A DNA stretch of 64,000 nucleotides from positions 18,166,001 to 18,230,000 of the forward strand of contig CM060732.1 in assembly GCA_030704615.1 (NCBI GenBank), read 5' to 3'. Source of the DNA: Takakia lepidozioides. Lineage: Eukaryota > Plantae > Bryophyta. The notes beneath the pieces are model-generated. The model did not search any database and was not told the DNA's origin. It saw only the letters and a list, made by a program, of their open reading frames with translations. Below, in pieces: positions 24,967 to 36,591 of the stretch; the stretch's first letter is position 1, and every line of letters begins with the position of its first letter. A program made the position numbers and the translations under genes.

Positions 24967-26745
24967 AGATATACATGTCATGTCAAGACATGGACAAGAC
25001 CGCTAAGGTCATTGTCATTGAAAGACAAAACAGCCCTTTACAGGGCACCATCTAACATTCCCTTTCATGTTTACAATCTCATTTGAATACCCCATTCATT
25101 TCAGGGTCTCTGAAAAAACAGAGGGTGGGATCCAGGTCATTCATATCATGAAAGCACCATAGTATGCATCATCATCTCAAAAATTCATTTCAAACTCATT
25201 TCAAAAACCAGATTGCAGGTTTGGTTTGAAGATGATGTTTTAGAACCAAGATATAAGCAAGATTCTTAAAAAGGAAGAAAGAAACACAGGGTAGAGCCCC
25301 TTAAGCAGGTATAGGCCTAGAATGGTATTTTAAGGCCTCATAAAATAGTTCTGCCAAGGTGAAAGAGCAGCTCAGAAACCCCTGTTTGTTATCAAGCCAT
25401 GAAACCAAAATGATATGAGGGCCTTGAAGAATGTGTGTTATCTATCAAAGCCTATCCTTTTGATCCATCAGAGTCATACCAAGAAGTTTCATTTCAGAGC
25501 CAAGTATCAAGGCAGTCAGAGTAATAACTGCTATTTTGTATCCTTGTATCCTTCATAGCTTAACTCCTACACATGCAAATGTGGTTGTAAAAAACCAGAA
25601 ACAGGGGTAAGGAGAGAAGCAGATCCTCATTGGAGCCATCTTGGAGCAGGTCTGAAGCGGCATGGTGGCAGTTTGAAACATCAGATGGCATCAGCAGCAT
25701 AGGCAGCAGCAGAATCCACATTTGCAAAACAGGAGCTGCAAGCTTTCAAGAAATCAAGACAAGTGAAGACCCTCACCTGTGCCCGTCCCAAAAACCACCA
25801 CATAGCGATGTGTGTTAGTGAGGATGCAGCAGGTAAATGGCAGGTCTTCACAGTTGCTATCCATGTCAGTGTTGAATTCTAAAGCAAGTACAGATCACAA
25901 TTCAAGCAAGGGTAAACTCAAAAAACCTTGAGTGTTTGTGGTATGCCCTGCGCCATGGCGTCCAACAGATCGTCTCCAACAGAACGCAATCAGAGTAGAA
26001 GCGTTCACAGATAGAGAATGGCTCATACACAAAGAGAGAGCAACATGTAATCTGTAGATAAATAGGGATAGAGTACTTCCCAACAAGGAGTAAAAGCGCC
26101 GCTGCAAAATAAAGAACCATGAGTTTCTGATCAAAGCGATCACCGCTTTGTCGTCTGCCAGAGAAGAATCTGTTTAACCACCAATGCGCATCCCAAGAGC
26201 CAGCCATCACGAGTACCATGTAGCAGCAGGGGAGCAGGTTTATACGGCGCATCATCAAGGTTCACTGAAGCACGAGTTCAGTGCTGTGAAGTGTGTCGGC
26301 CTGCTTAGGGCACAACTTCCCGATTTTTCATCCAGGGTGGATGAAAAATCACATTTTACCAAGAGAGGCACTTTGTCAATGGATGACATCCCATAGAAAT
26401 GTATCTTTTAGGGTTATGGTATAGGCTTAGGTTTAATAACTGCCATCATTTATGATGGTAGTTTTATTATTCTCTTGGATTTTAAAATAGGTAACCATTA
26501 TTTATGTAGATCATCCAGTTTAGATGAAAGAAATAGATGGTAAATCCAGCTTTCTGTACATTAAGTTTCATCACCCTATAATAAAATCATCCAGATTTGG
26601 ATGAAAAAGGCTGGGATGAAAAACTAAATAACCTCAAAAGGTTAAGGCCAGATGAAATCCAAAGAGTTATAGAGGGAGAGGGAGAGAGGGAGAGATCAGG
26701 AAACCAAAAAATAAAAAAATGGGGGGGGGGGGGGAGTGACTGAGC
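24967..26745 (-). mobile_element. Complete solo family B unit (a deleted B 3' end lies at 24581-24843)
   Basis: Near identity to 12010-13836. Head motif GGGGGGAGTGACTGAGC on the plus strand at ~26729-26745. Confidence 0.65.
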
Positions 26746-26989
26746 CCGTGGTGCTCAGCAGCTGTTGGTGGTGCTCTGTCACTTCCCCCCCACCTTTTTC
26801 TCTTTGTTGCCCCCTCTCGAGACCCCGAGCACTTGCTGCTCTCAGCCCCCGACATGCTTGGTTTTTTTTGTTTTTGATCTGGAATGTTCCTAATGAGGCC
26901 AACTTGTGGGTTTGCATGACAGGTGCCAGCTTATGGGGAAAGAGAAGAAGTCCCCTGCCCCAAAGAAAGGGGCGGACAATCCGTTTGCT

Positions 26990-29170
26990 CTGCCGGCACG
27001 TGTGACGTGCCAGGGCGTCACGGCTAACCAGCCCGTCGACAGCCGCAGCGGAGGGCTCGTCTGCCCCCGAGGCCAGTACCCCCCCTCTTGTCCACATCTT
27101 GGATGCACAGGGGCCGGCTCAGCCAGCTCTCCTATTCGGGAGGTTGTTGCTGAGCCGGATGCTCAGTTGAGCACACCCCGGCCACCAAGACGGGTGAAAT
27201 GTACCTTGGCAAGCACATCACCCGTTCGGGGGCCCGGTATGGGCACCTTTTGGATGTCACCCCCATAGCGACCCCTTCCTCCGCAGCAAAGGCTGCACTT
27301 GCCAAGGCCCAACGTCAGGTTCAAGGGCCTTTGAAAGCCTCCATTGCCAGCCCATTTGTCGATGAGGGAGGAGGAGACGAGGAGGGCCAATGAAGTGGCC
27401 AAGATAGCGAAGCGCCTCGAAGAAGTCAAGCGGGTGAGGGCTTCTACCCTGATACGCATTTGGGGGGGGGGAGAGGAGGAGGTATGGGCCGGTTTGGAGC
27501 AGCCTAGCCGATCAGCGACACCGCCCCCTGAGCCTGAGCGGTCAGCAAAGAAGGGCCTGGACTACGGGGCGCCGCCGCCGGCTATGCTCCACATCTGGAA
27601 TCTACTTCCAGTGGCGCTCCGGGAGGGGATAGAGCGGGCACATCCGGAAACGGGGACTCCTCCACATCGGGTGACACCAGGGCGAGTCGGACAAGCTTGC
27701 AAAGGTACAACTGTCGCACCTTGTTCCATGATTTATCCTTTCTTTGCATGCATGATTTTCTTTGTTGTTTGTTTCTTTTTTTGAATTTGGAGGGGTTATT
27801 TGTCTTCAGGAGGCAGCAACATGGCTGGCCTCATTGGTGCAGTCCAGTGGGGTTGCCAATGAGGGAGAGCACGTGGTGTTCATGAAGGACCCGAACACCA
27901 AAGGTAAGAAGAAGAGGCCTCGATCTCCCGAGATCCCTTTTACCATCAATGAAGGGGCTGGGAGAGAGAGAGAGAGAGAGGGAGAGGGAGAAGGAGAGAG
28001 AGGAAGTAGGGGAAGGGGAAGGAGATGGTCGGAAAAAGAAGAAGAAGAAGAAAAAGAAGTCCATGGAGAGGAAGGGGTGAGTGTGCATGCGGGGGAGGGC
28101 AGGGGTAACAAAGGAGCAGGGGAAGGAGGCTACAAAGAAGGGAGAGGGTGGGATGGCCTTGGTGATACAGGACGTGGAGTTGGCAAAGATCGTGGTGCCA
28201 CCGGTGGAGGTGAATCGCCATGGTGACCCCTGCGGTGCGTTCTGGGAGGCTATGAGAAGAAGCCTTCGAACTCGCATTGAGGTGGTTCCCTTTGCACATC
28301 GAGTGGGCTGATCAGCACTTTGGCGCGAAGCGGGCGTATGCCGTGAGTTAGATCGCCGTTTCCGGGCAATTGGAGTGACACAAGGGTGATGGAGATGGTG
28401 GGGCGAAACTTGAAGGACAGGAGGTACCGTGCCAGACAGATCATTCGGAGGGCAATGGAAAAAGGGGGGGGCCATAACAAACCACCTTATGGAATTACAC
28501 AGGTTGGCAAATCCTGAATCATGTCACCTTCCATTTGTCGCATGTGCATTAATGAGGTGGATTCGATGCAACTATGTGTGTAATTCACTAATTGTGGGGG
28601 GGGCGGTATCGTGGGATGCACTCATTGCGGGAGAGACTGATGCCGCAAACAAGCCAAATTTGACCGGGCACGCGAAGCAACAACAGTCCGCCTTGACAAG
28701 CACGAATCCACACACAAGTGGGGCGCCGGCGGATCCAAGGGTTTTATCTTGCGATTTGTAAGTCGTACTTCCCTATGGATTTTGTTATGTCTTCTTTCTG
28801 GCTCCATCATCGCGAAGAACTGACTTTAATTTGTGGCATGTGTAGCAACGCGCGTTTGAGAGGAAGCCATCCGTAGAGTACAACTACGCCAAGGAGCATG
28901 GTTGGCAATCCCTCATGAAGAACATGGCCAACACAGAGGGGATGAGTGCACTACAGGCACTAGTATGGATGAGGTCGAGGGTCATGCCAGGGATTGGATG
29001 AGAGCTCTGTGGGACTTAGGGGAACGCCACCTCATTTACGTGCTCTGGCAAAGGGCGCGGAGTCATCAGGCTCATCGGATAGCTCTGAGTCCTCCACTGA
29101 GGATGAGGATGAGGATGACTAGTCCTAGTCCATGTAAGTCCCAGGGTCAGTCTACTGAACCCTTGTGAAC
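26990..29170 (+). pseudogene. Degenerate intron-containing gene, possibly a TnpA-like accessory gene of the CACTA element
   Basis: GC-rich, Glu/Arg-rich coding-like blocks separated by T-rich intron-like segments, lying upstream of a CACTA end. No diagnostic motif recognised. Confidence 0.25.
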
Positions 29171-29394
29171 TTTTCAGCTCATTTTGTAAATATATTTCCA
29201 TCTTTCCATCTTCCATCTTATTCATGTGTCGCACCGTCCTCCCCTCGATTCATGCTTGCTCAATTGTGTACCTGCTAACTCAGAGAAATGGAACTGTAAG
29301 TTCTCCCATCCCCAAAACAAAACCAAGGAAAAAAAAAAAAACCACCCCCAATTCACCCCAAAATGAACCCCCAAACCCCACCCCCCCCCAACCA

Positions 29395-30079
29395 GGCTGC
29401 CCTCGCGACTGCATCACGTCGCCAATGGCGACGTGTTTTTTGGGCGGGGTCGCAAGAAGCGACAGTCGGGCGTCGCCCCATTTGCAGGCGGCAACGCCGA
29501 CACCCCCTGCGACGTGTTTTTTTAGTCCGGGGGTCGCAATCCGCGACGTCCTAGCGTCGCGGAGACCGCCACCCTGCTTGCGCCACGTTTTTTTTTTTTT
29601 TTATTAAATTTAAAAACAAAGCGACGCCGGAGCGTCGCAACAACCCACGCCGGGCGTGGCGGAGACCAACTCCCGCTGTTTTGTGCCACGCCCAATAGTC
29701 GCTGGCAGCGACGCACGGGCGTCGCTTGGCGTACCACCCGGCTGACTCCCGGGCAGGTTAGAAAAAAAAAGGGGATGCAACGCCGTGCCGGCGCCCCCAC
29801 CAATGCCGTCGGCTGGAGGGCAGCGACGGCGAGACGTCGCTCGAAGAGGCTCCTGTCATCGGCGCGCCCGAAAAACCGACGTCCGGCAGTCGGGGAGTTG
29901 GAGCGGGGGCTCGCGACCCCCATACGTCGCATTTTTGCGACGTCATTTTGGCGACGCCCTTGCAACTGCAGGGCGACGGCCGGCGTCGCAAATTCTGCGC
30001 TCCCGCGTGCCCAAAAAGGGCGTTTTCCGACGCTGCGGCATGGCGCGGGCGTCGCAAAGGCCCCCCTTTTCCTGTAGTG
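29395..30079. mobile_element. Terminal region of a CACTA (En/Spm) transposon
   Basis: Ends TTTTCCTGTAGTG (reverse complement CACTACAGGAAAA) at 30079, preceded by ~650 bp of dense direct and inverted GCGAC/GTCGC subterminal motifs. Confidence 0.75.
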
Positions 30080-30779
30080 CCCTTTGGCAATGAGAACTCT
30101 CTATGAAACAACTCATTGAAATGAGTCATCTTCCGTGTATCCATGTAGTCTCCTAGACTCTCATTCTCTCCTTCCTCCAAGGCAACTTGAATTGGCCGAG
30201 TTGAGTGGTGTACAAGGCAAACTGAGCCAAGGCAACCTTGCGAAGCTGCCAAAAAAATACAGTCAGTTAAATAACTGTGTTAATGTGTCATCAACAAAAT
30301 GAATCAATTGCCTTGAGAATATAGTGATTATAAATGTACCTGCCACCAAAAAGTCCTTCTATTCAGCCAAGGATCAAGTGTTGGCCCACTGATAGGCCCG
30401 GGTGGAAAAAAATTACGGTCGTGAAGTGTTTGGTCTCTATTCCATATATGTAGCCATTCCACCTTTTCTTCTGGATCCACCCGGGCTGTAGCAATGTTCA
30501 CCATTTTCTCTTGGGTCATTTCCTCTGATCCTGCCTTTACACGTGACCAATGCAGTTTAAGTTCTTGGCCTAGAAGTTTGGTGCAACCTTCCATGTACAC
30601 ACCTGCAATTGAGGAAGATTGGGGTGTGGAACACCGGGAAGGGGGGGGGTGGTATTTGGATATGCCCAAGGGTACTATCCCCTATGCAGAAATGGGACTT
30701 CATAAGGAATGTGTTCGCAGGTAGTCAGTGAGTGATGAAGGGGGTATCTCCACTGAAGTCCCTGTTTTTGATCTGGAGC

Positions 30780-32668
30780 ATGCAGAACAGATTGCTATAT
30801 AGGCCGCTGACGCTGTGGCCCAAGTGGTCCCTGCGGTTGTGGGTGTACCAAAACGCAAATCACGAAAAAAGAAAAGGTGCGGATGTCAATGCAGGTGTGG
30901 CCCCCAATGCAGGTGTGGCTTCTATTGCTGGTCCTATTGATAGTTCTTGTAGTGCCTGCACCTACTACTCGAGGAAACAAGCCAAAGGCAAGCGAACATC
31001 CTTACAGTGCAGTGTCATTTTCCGGTGGTGCACCTAGCATGTATCGCATGAAGATCATGCCTACTCATTTCATTGATATGGTGGAGGCCTCAAGTACATC
31101 TCCTGATGCGACCTTGATAGAGCTCATGGAGTTCTTCAAAAATGTAAGTTTCCCCCAACAAACAAATTTGAATGTAAGGAATTCTTCGATGTTTTTACAT
31201 CCTCATCATCCGGCTATTGACTCCTACATTTTATGTATGTTGTTTGATGTTGCCAGGAACTTGGTCTAGTGTTGTGGATGGAAAAAGCGTGCCTGTGGCT
31301 GTGGACGTGATCATTGTGGACTCCCGACAGGAATGCCTATACAGGGCTGTTTGGATGGTGTACAGGTTCCCCCCTGGAATGCTTTTGATAAACGGTATTG
31401 GGAGTATGCATTCTCCATTGCTAATGACCTGTTGGATGACAATGGATGCTTGGTGTTCTTGCAGGGCTCTAATGATTCTTTTGCATTGGAGCTCTTTTCT
31501 TACTCCAGGGCAGCTCTGTTTCCGTGCTATCAAGGAAATATACTTGCATCAATACCACCCCAATACACACTCAGACAGGAAAGGTAAAAATCATCCCTCT
31601 TCAATATCTCATTGTTTGCTATTTCATCTTCCTACTCTCATACATATTATTAAACCATCCGGGTGCACTGTTTTTGTGGAAATGGCACGTTTAACATCCA
31701 CCATGTTCTTCCACGCCCATGTCCTCACCAAGCAAGGAGGACTATTCAAACTGCGTGAGTCTGGCAAAGTTGTGGACCCCCTTGCAGACCCTGTTGAGTT
31801 GGATGCCATCTACAACCACATTCCAGATGCTGCATTGCCCATGCAAACTCCTCAACAAGCTTGAGGGGGTGCGCGAGATCGTAGTCCCACCTTCATGCAA
31901 GTGTTGTTGGAGACATGCTCACCTCCTGGCTCCCGCATTTTGGATCAAGCTGGCACATGTTTGCATTGGTCTCCATTTTGTAATTAAAATCTTCTGAGTT
32001 GATTCATGATTATTAACTGTTATCCGATATAATATCACCATTGCATGTTTTTTTCCTGCAGGTTCTACATTTATTGCTGCCCGTGAGTCTGGACGTCACG
32101 TATTTGGTCTTGAGGGGGACCAGACGTTGTATGCAGCACGTCTCTCTGCACTTCAAAATACTCGACCTGTTTTGGTTTCATCTGTGGTAACTCCAACCAT
32201 TCAACGTCATGTGAGTTTGTTGGAACCCCCCGCTCCCAAGGTGGTGCGTAAGCTTGGTCTTCATCTCGGCAGTACTTCCTGGTGAGCATGTCTCGCCTCC
32301 ATTCCCTTTATTGCAATCTCTATATTATTTGCAAAGCAAACCATTCCCATTTGATTTGTTAACATAAGTATATATGTATGTGTGATGCAGTGATGGGATT
32401 GTGTGGACCATCTACGACAGTCTACCCCAAAGTCCTCCTTTCATCGTTTTATCTACCTTCGTATGCCGAGTCCCAAGCTTTGCATTCAATACATCAACAA
32501 CGTGATGTAGGTCTTTCCAATGATCTGTTGTTTGAACGAAGAGCAGCTACTGTTGGACAATCCATGGATAGGTTGCGTAGAGTTGAGGCTTTCATGGATG
32601 TGTATGCCTCTGAATCACAGGCTTATGACACGGATGATGAAGTATCAGCTGATGATGTGTGTAGGTAA
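30780..32668 (+). pseudogene. Beta-class N4C/N6A DNA methyltransferase-like gene 1 (multi-exon, disrupted)
   Basis: VDVIIVD(x)PTG (motif IV-like, frameshifted) ... YWEYAFSIANDLLDDNGCLV ... RSPTFMQVLLETCSPPGSRILD (motif X/I). After an AG acceptor at 32061 comes GSTFIAARESGRHVFGLEGD. In-frame TGA at 31862 where the paralog has Trp. Confidence 0.72.
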
Positions 32669-33939
32669 TTAAATTTGTACAATACATTATCCTCATTGTC
32701 AGGCCGAATTTTTGGTTTTTTTTTATGATACATGTGTTTCTCTCTGTGTTACGGTAAAAAAAATGGGGCAAATGACATGGTTGAAATCAGATTTCATGTT
32801 ATCTTCCTGTCATTTGATTTATCTATGTAATAGTTTGTACATAGATCTCTACTGCATTTCATAGATCCCTTTACTGGAATGCGAGTCTGACATGCACTTC
32901 GGCACTATCAAATTTCATCATATTAGTAAGATCAACCCTTATGAGTAGTGTGGCATGTTATGTACACACAGGGTGACTATCTTTATCTCATTAGTGTTTC
33001 ATTTCATTAGTGTTTCAAGTCTGAATGGGTAATATGGTGTATGAACTATTTGATGGATATCTTTGGTGGACATTATGTTTTTGTAAAATAAAATAAAAAG
33101 AAGAAGATAGATATTAGATACTGCAAAACCTATGTAACAAGATTAAATGGGTGGTGGTTTGGTAAGGATTACGTTTTTTAAGTTATGAGATTGCGGGTTC
33201 AATTACCAATCAATAGTGTTTTTTGTAAAATTGAATTCCCTTGCGGGCCATCGCCATTTACTGCCCAAATGTGTAGGCGGACCATCTCCATCACATTGTC
33301 AAGCTCCCTAGCATTCCTTGAGCATTGCTCCATTCTGAACTTCAAACTAGACTCCCACCATTGGAAGAGCCCGTACCTTCACCATGTGTATCTAACAAGG
33401 AGTCGTGCCTCGTCACTTTTTAATTTTTTGACCTTTTTTCACATGTTGGAAAGCCACAAAAGCCACATGTTCCTCTCCCATTCCTACACTCACCCATGTG
33501 GAATAATAATACAATGAATATGGAATATTCATATATAGAATATATTCTTATTCCATCCTTTTGATATTTTGACTATGGACCCTAAGATTAGATGAATCAC
33601 AATTTTTTTGTTTTTTTGGGTACCCTTATTTAAGTGATGTGCATATAAAATTGCTCATATGCATATCTAAAATTTGTATGCACGCATACATTCCTACATA
33701 TGCATGCATTTGTGTGCGCATATAGTATAGGCTGCCTCGGTCGATCTTGTAGCGGAGGAAGGTGCTGCTTCTCAATATGGGGATCTCGACTTCTCCTACC
33801 TGGAACAAGACGTTCGTGACAACAGGGTAGATAATGGATGACTCGATTCTCCCACATGATCTGCCCGCCTATATTCCCAAGAATACAGGCACGGCTCTGG
33901 GTGGTCCATTTGAATAGCCCCTTCCCCCACTCTGTGGGG

Positions 33940-34179
33940 GAGGAGGAAAATGAATTTTCTCTTTGCCACCACAGTGAGAAGCTGGCCATTGGTTTTGGGC
34001 TGATCAGCATGACCCCTAGGACGCCTCTCCGTCTCATCAAGAATCTTCGAGTGTGTGGTGACTGCCACACCTCCACCAAATTCATCTCAAAGTTTGTTGG
34101 CCGAGTAACTGTTGTATGGGATGCTAACCGCTTTCACCACTTTGAAGATGGGATTTGTTCTTGTGGTGATTACTGGTGA
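33940..34179 (+). pseudogene. Isolated C-terminal DYW deaminase fragment of a PPR RNA-editing factor
   Basis: HHSEKLA...[10 protein letters not shown]...[16 protein letters not shown]. No upstream PPR, E domains or PG box. Confidence 0.92.
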
Positions 34180-34662
34180 AATGATGATTTCTTGGCAAGA
34201 TGCAAGTGTCTTGCTTCATTCATTGATCCGTGTAGCTACTCAGACCATCCGCCATTTCCTGAGAGTCTTGACCATCATGTACTGCTAGAGAGGGCTGGAG
34301 GATCAGATGAGGGTTTGACATAAATCGTTAACGGAGGGTGGCTGAACACTGGAGATTCTACTGCTCACAGTCCCGAATGTGCATGGATTAATGAAGGGCA
34401 AGTCCAAAACACTGGATGGGATGCCTTCCCTTCCTCACCCGTTCATTCTGTTCCTGTCAACAATGGCTGGGATGCTATCCCTTGCAATGCTACAATTAAT
34501 GATAAACACAATCTGTCAGGTGGGTCACCCTCCAACACTGCAATGGACCCCAATAGGGTTCCTTCTGGGACATAAACAGACAAGAATTGTGGCTGGCTAG
34601 TCATGGAGGCAAATGACGAAGTCAGTGCCACCATGCCATCACAAAGCCTCACTAGTATGGAC

Positions 34663-35321
34663 CAGTGTCGGACTGGTATATAGGGTCTGGCCGGGTATTA
34701 ACCAGGGTATTGAATAACTGACCCGGCTGGTATTGGCTTTTGTAATATTATGGTTAATAACCGACCCGGCTGGTATTGGCAATTCCAATACTATGCTTGA
34801 TAACCGGACCGGCTGGTAGTGCCAAGACAATACCTGGACCCGGACTCGGACCCGTATTATGGGCAAAAACAAGGACTATACCATGGTATGAATAAGAAAT
34901 TGGGCGGGTGCACATGATGTCAGGGGTCAGGGTAAGAGGGTGCACATGTCAGGGAGGGCATGTCCAGCCCCAAGGGCCCGCCCCTATTCTTTCTTATTAT
35001 GTAATGCAAAGTTTGAATTTTGCAACATAATAATTAATTTCTGTGTGAAATCAAGTGAAATCTTCTAGATTCAATTAAAGACATATTAATTATTTAGTGG
35101 TTATTTTAATTTTAATTTTAATTATTTATATCCGGGTTAACCGGCTGGTATTAGATTGGAATACCCGTCTGCAAATCAAAAATCATACTACTATTGAGAA
35201 CCGGCGGGTGTTAAAATTAAGAGATTCTTCCAATACTATGGAACCGGCTGGTATTGAAAATTAATTTTCTTTTAATACCCGGACCCGGCTGGTATTAGAA
35301 AAAGCAACCCGCCCAACACTG
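34663..35321. mobile_element. Non-autonomous hAT element (MITE), 659 bp
   Basis: 8-bp TSD GTATGGAC at 34655-34662 and 35322-35329. Imperfect TIR CAGTGTCGGACTGGT / ACCCGCCCAACACTG. Repeated subterminal CCGGCTGGTATT motifs. Confidence 0.9.
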
Positions 35322-36199
35322 GTATGGACCGGCTAAGAGTTTTTAATATAACTCTGAGTGTATTTAGCATAAAACATTTTGTGGAGTAAGATAAAATAAA
35401 TTCCCCAAATAATTTATCAATAAATTAACCAGGGCTACAATCCCCCTGTTAACTATAAAAAAATAAAAAATAAAAAATAAAAAAGTGAAAAAAAGATTAT
35501 ATTGGTAAAATATAAAAGTACATATCTAGTAAACCCTTCACTGTTTACATGGTTCAGATGGATCCCACTAACTTTTGGCGAGGACTACGCTTACTCGACG
35601 AGTTTAAGGCAAGCGTGTGAGGTGGTGGGGCCCGCTGGCCTGAGCTCCTGGAGGCTCCGGCAGACTATGAGTAAAATTTCTTCCCCCATTGAGGTGGGGG
35701 AGCGCCCACACCTCCTGCTCCCTCCTCACGCTCCCCACCTTTAGGACCATGTTCCCAAACATTCTCCAATTTTGCTCCCCTGTTCCCAGTCCAAGATCCT
35801 TGCTCCCCATAGAGCGAGGAGGGGAGCAGGGACCAGGAACAGGGAGGTTAGCTATTTCATGAGCATGAGCGGCATGAGCGGAGTAGTAAGACAATCGGTT
35901 TTCATGAGCAAGAGTACAAATTTCGAAAATAAAAAACAATAAAAAACAATAATTTAATGCAATGTGTCAGGAAAAACAAATATATTATTCGGCCCCTTGA
36001 AGGGAAAATTGTATTTGACAGTTGTGCTCATGATATTTCGTCTTCCGCTCATGCCAATTCCCAGCGACATGTGCAAAATATGGCGCCGAATTTCGCGGTA
36101 ATAGGGTCCGTAACCTTAAAAAAACGGCGACGGTATTTCGCGGGGATAAGGTCTCTCTGGCGAAAAATGGTGCGAATTCCGCGGCTATAGGTCCCTCAT

Positions 36200-36440
36200 G
36201 ACAGGTAATCGGCGCCCATTTCCAGTGCATGTTCGGACTTAGCCAGTTTTTCGGCGCAAATAGGGAAATTCGGCGCCATTTTTCCAGACACTGTACCAGT
36301 GCATGTTGGGACTTAGCCAGTTTTCGGCCCAAAAAAAAAGAAATCGGCGCCATTTCCAGACACTACGGTACCAGTGCATGTTGGGACTTAGCCAGTTTTC
36401 GGCCCCAAAAAAGAAAATTCGGCGCCATTTTTCCAGAAAT
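36200..36440. repeat. ~75-bp tandem repeat x3 (GGACTTAGCCAGTTTT and AAAT(T)CGGCGCCATTT cores)
   Basis: Direct reading. Shares cores with the array at 40513-41075. Confidence 0.85.
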
Positions 36441-36591
36441 GGCCCCACAACTGCTTCTGTTGGATCTCAGTTTGAATGGAATATTGCCTCATTCCATGAG
36501 TTTTGGGGTGCATTTCATTACACTGCAAAAAAAAGTCTGATACAGCAAAATGCAATTGAAAATATCCATATGGAGGATTCCCTTTGCCCCA

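Larger units (their letters stand above)
1..26750. repeat. ~14.04-kb imperfect tandem duplication (1-~10950 = 14041-~24843; 12015-13760 = 24967-26700)
   Basis: Position 1 and position 14041 both begin TGCCCAAAAACTAGGGAAGG. All modules and ORFs recur in the same order with ~14 kb offset. Copy 2 replaces the ~10950-12010 segment with a ~120-bp unique spacer. Confidence 0.95.

Noticed and set aside
600-26745. Hammerhead ribozymes expected in Penelope pLTRs
   Set aside because: I could not find a CTGANGA...GAAA core with proper stems on either strand by eye. The abundant CCGGATGAAAA motifs only resemble it. A covariance-model scan is needed.
28949-28957. CACTACAGG as the left TIR pairing with 30079
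   Set aside because: Only 9 bp match, the flanking 3-mers differ (GTG vs CCC), and there are no subterminal repeats next to it.
30328-30800. Ulp1-like protease or transposase fragment on the minus strand
   Set aside because: No catalytic motif could be confirmed.
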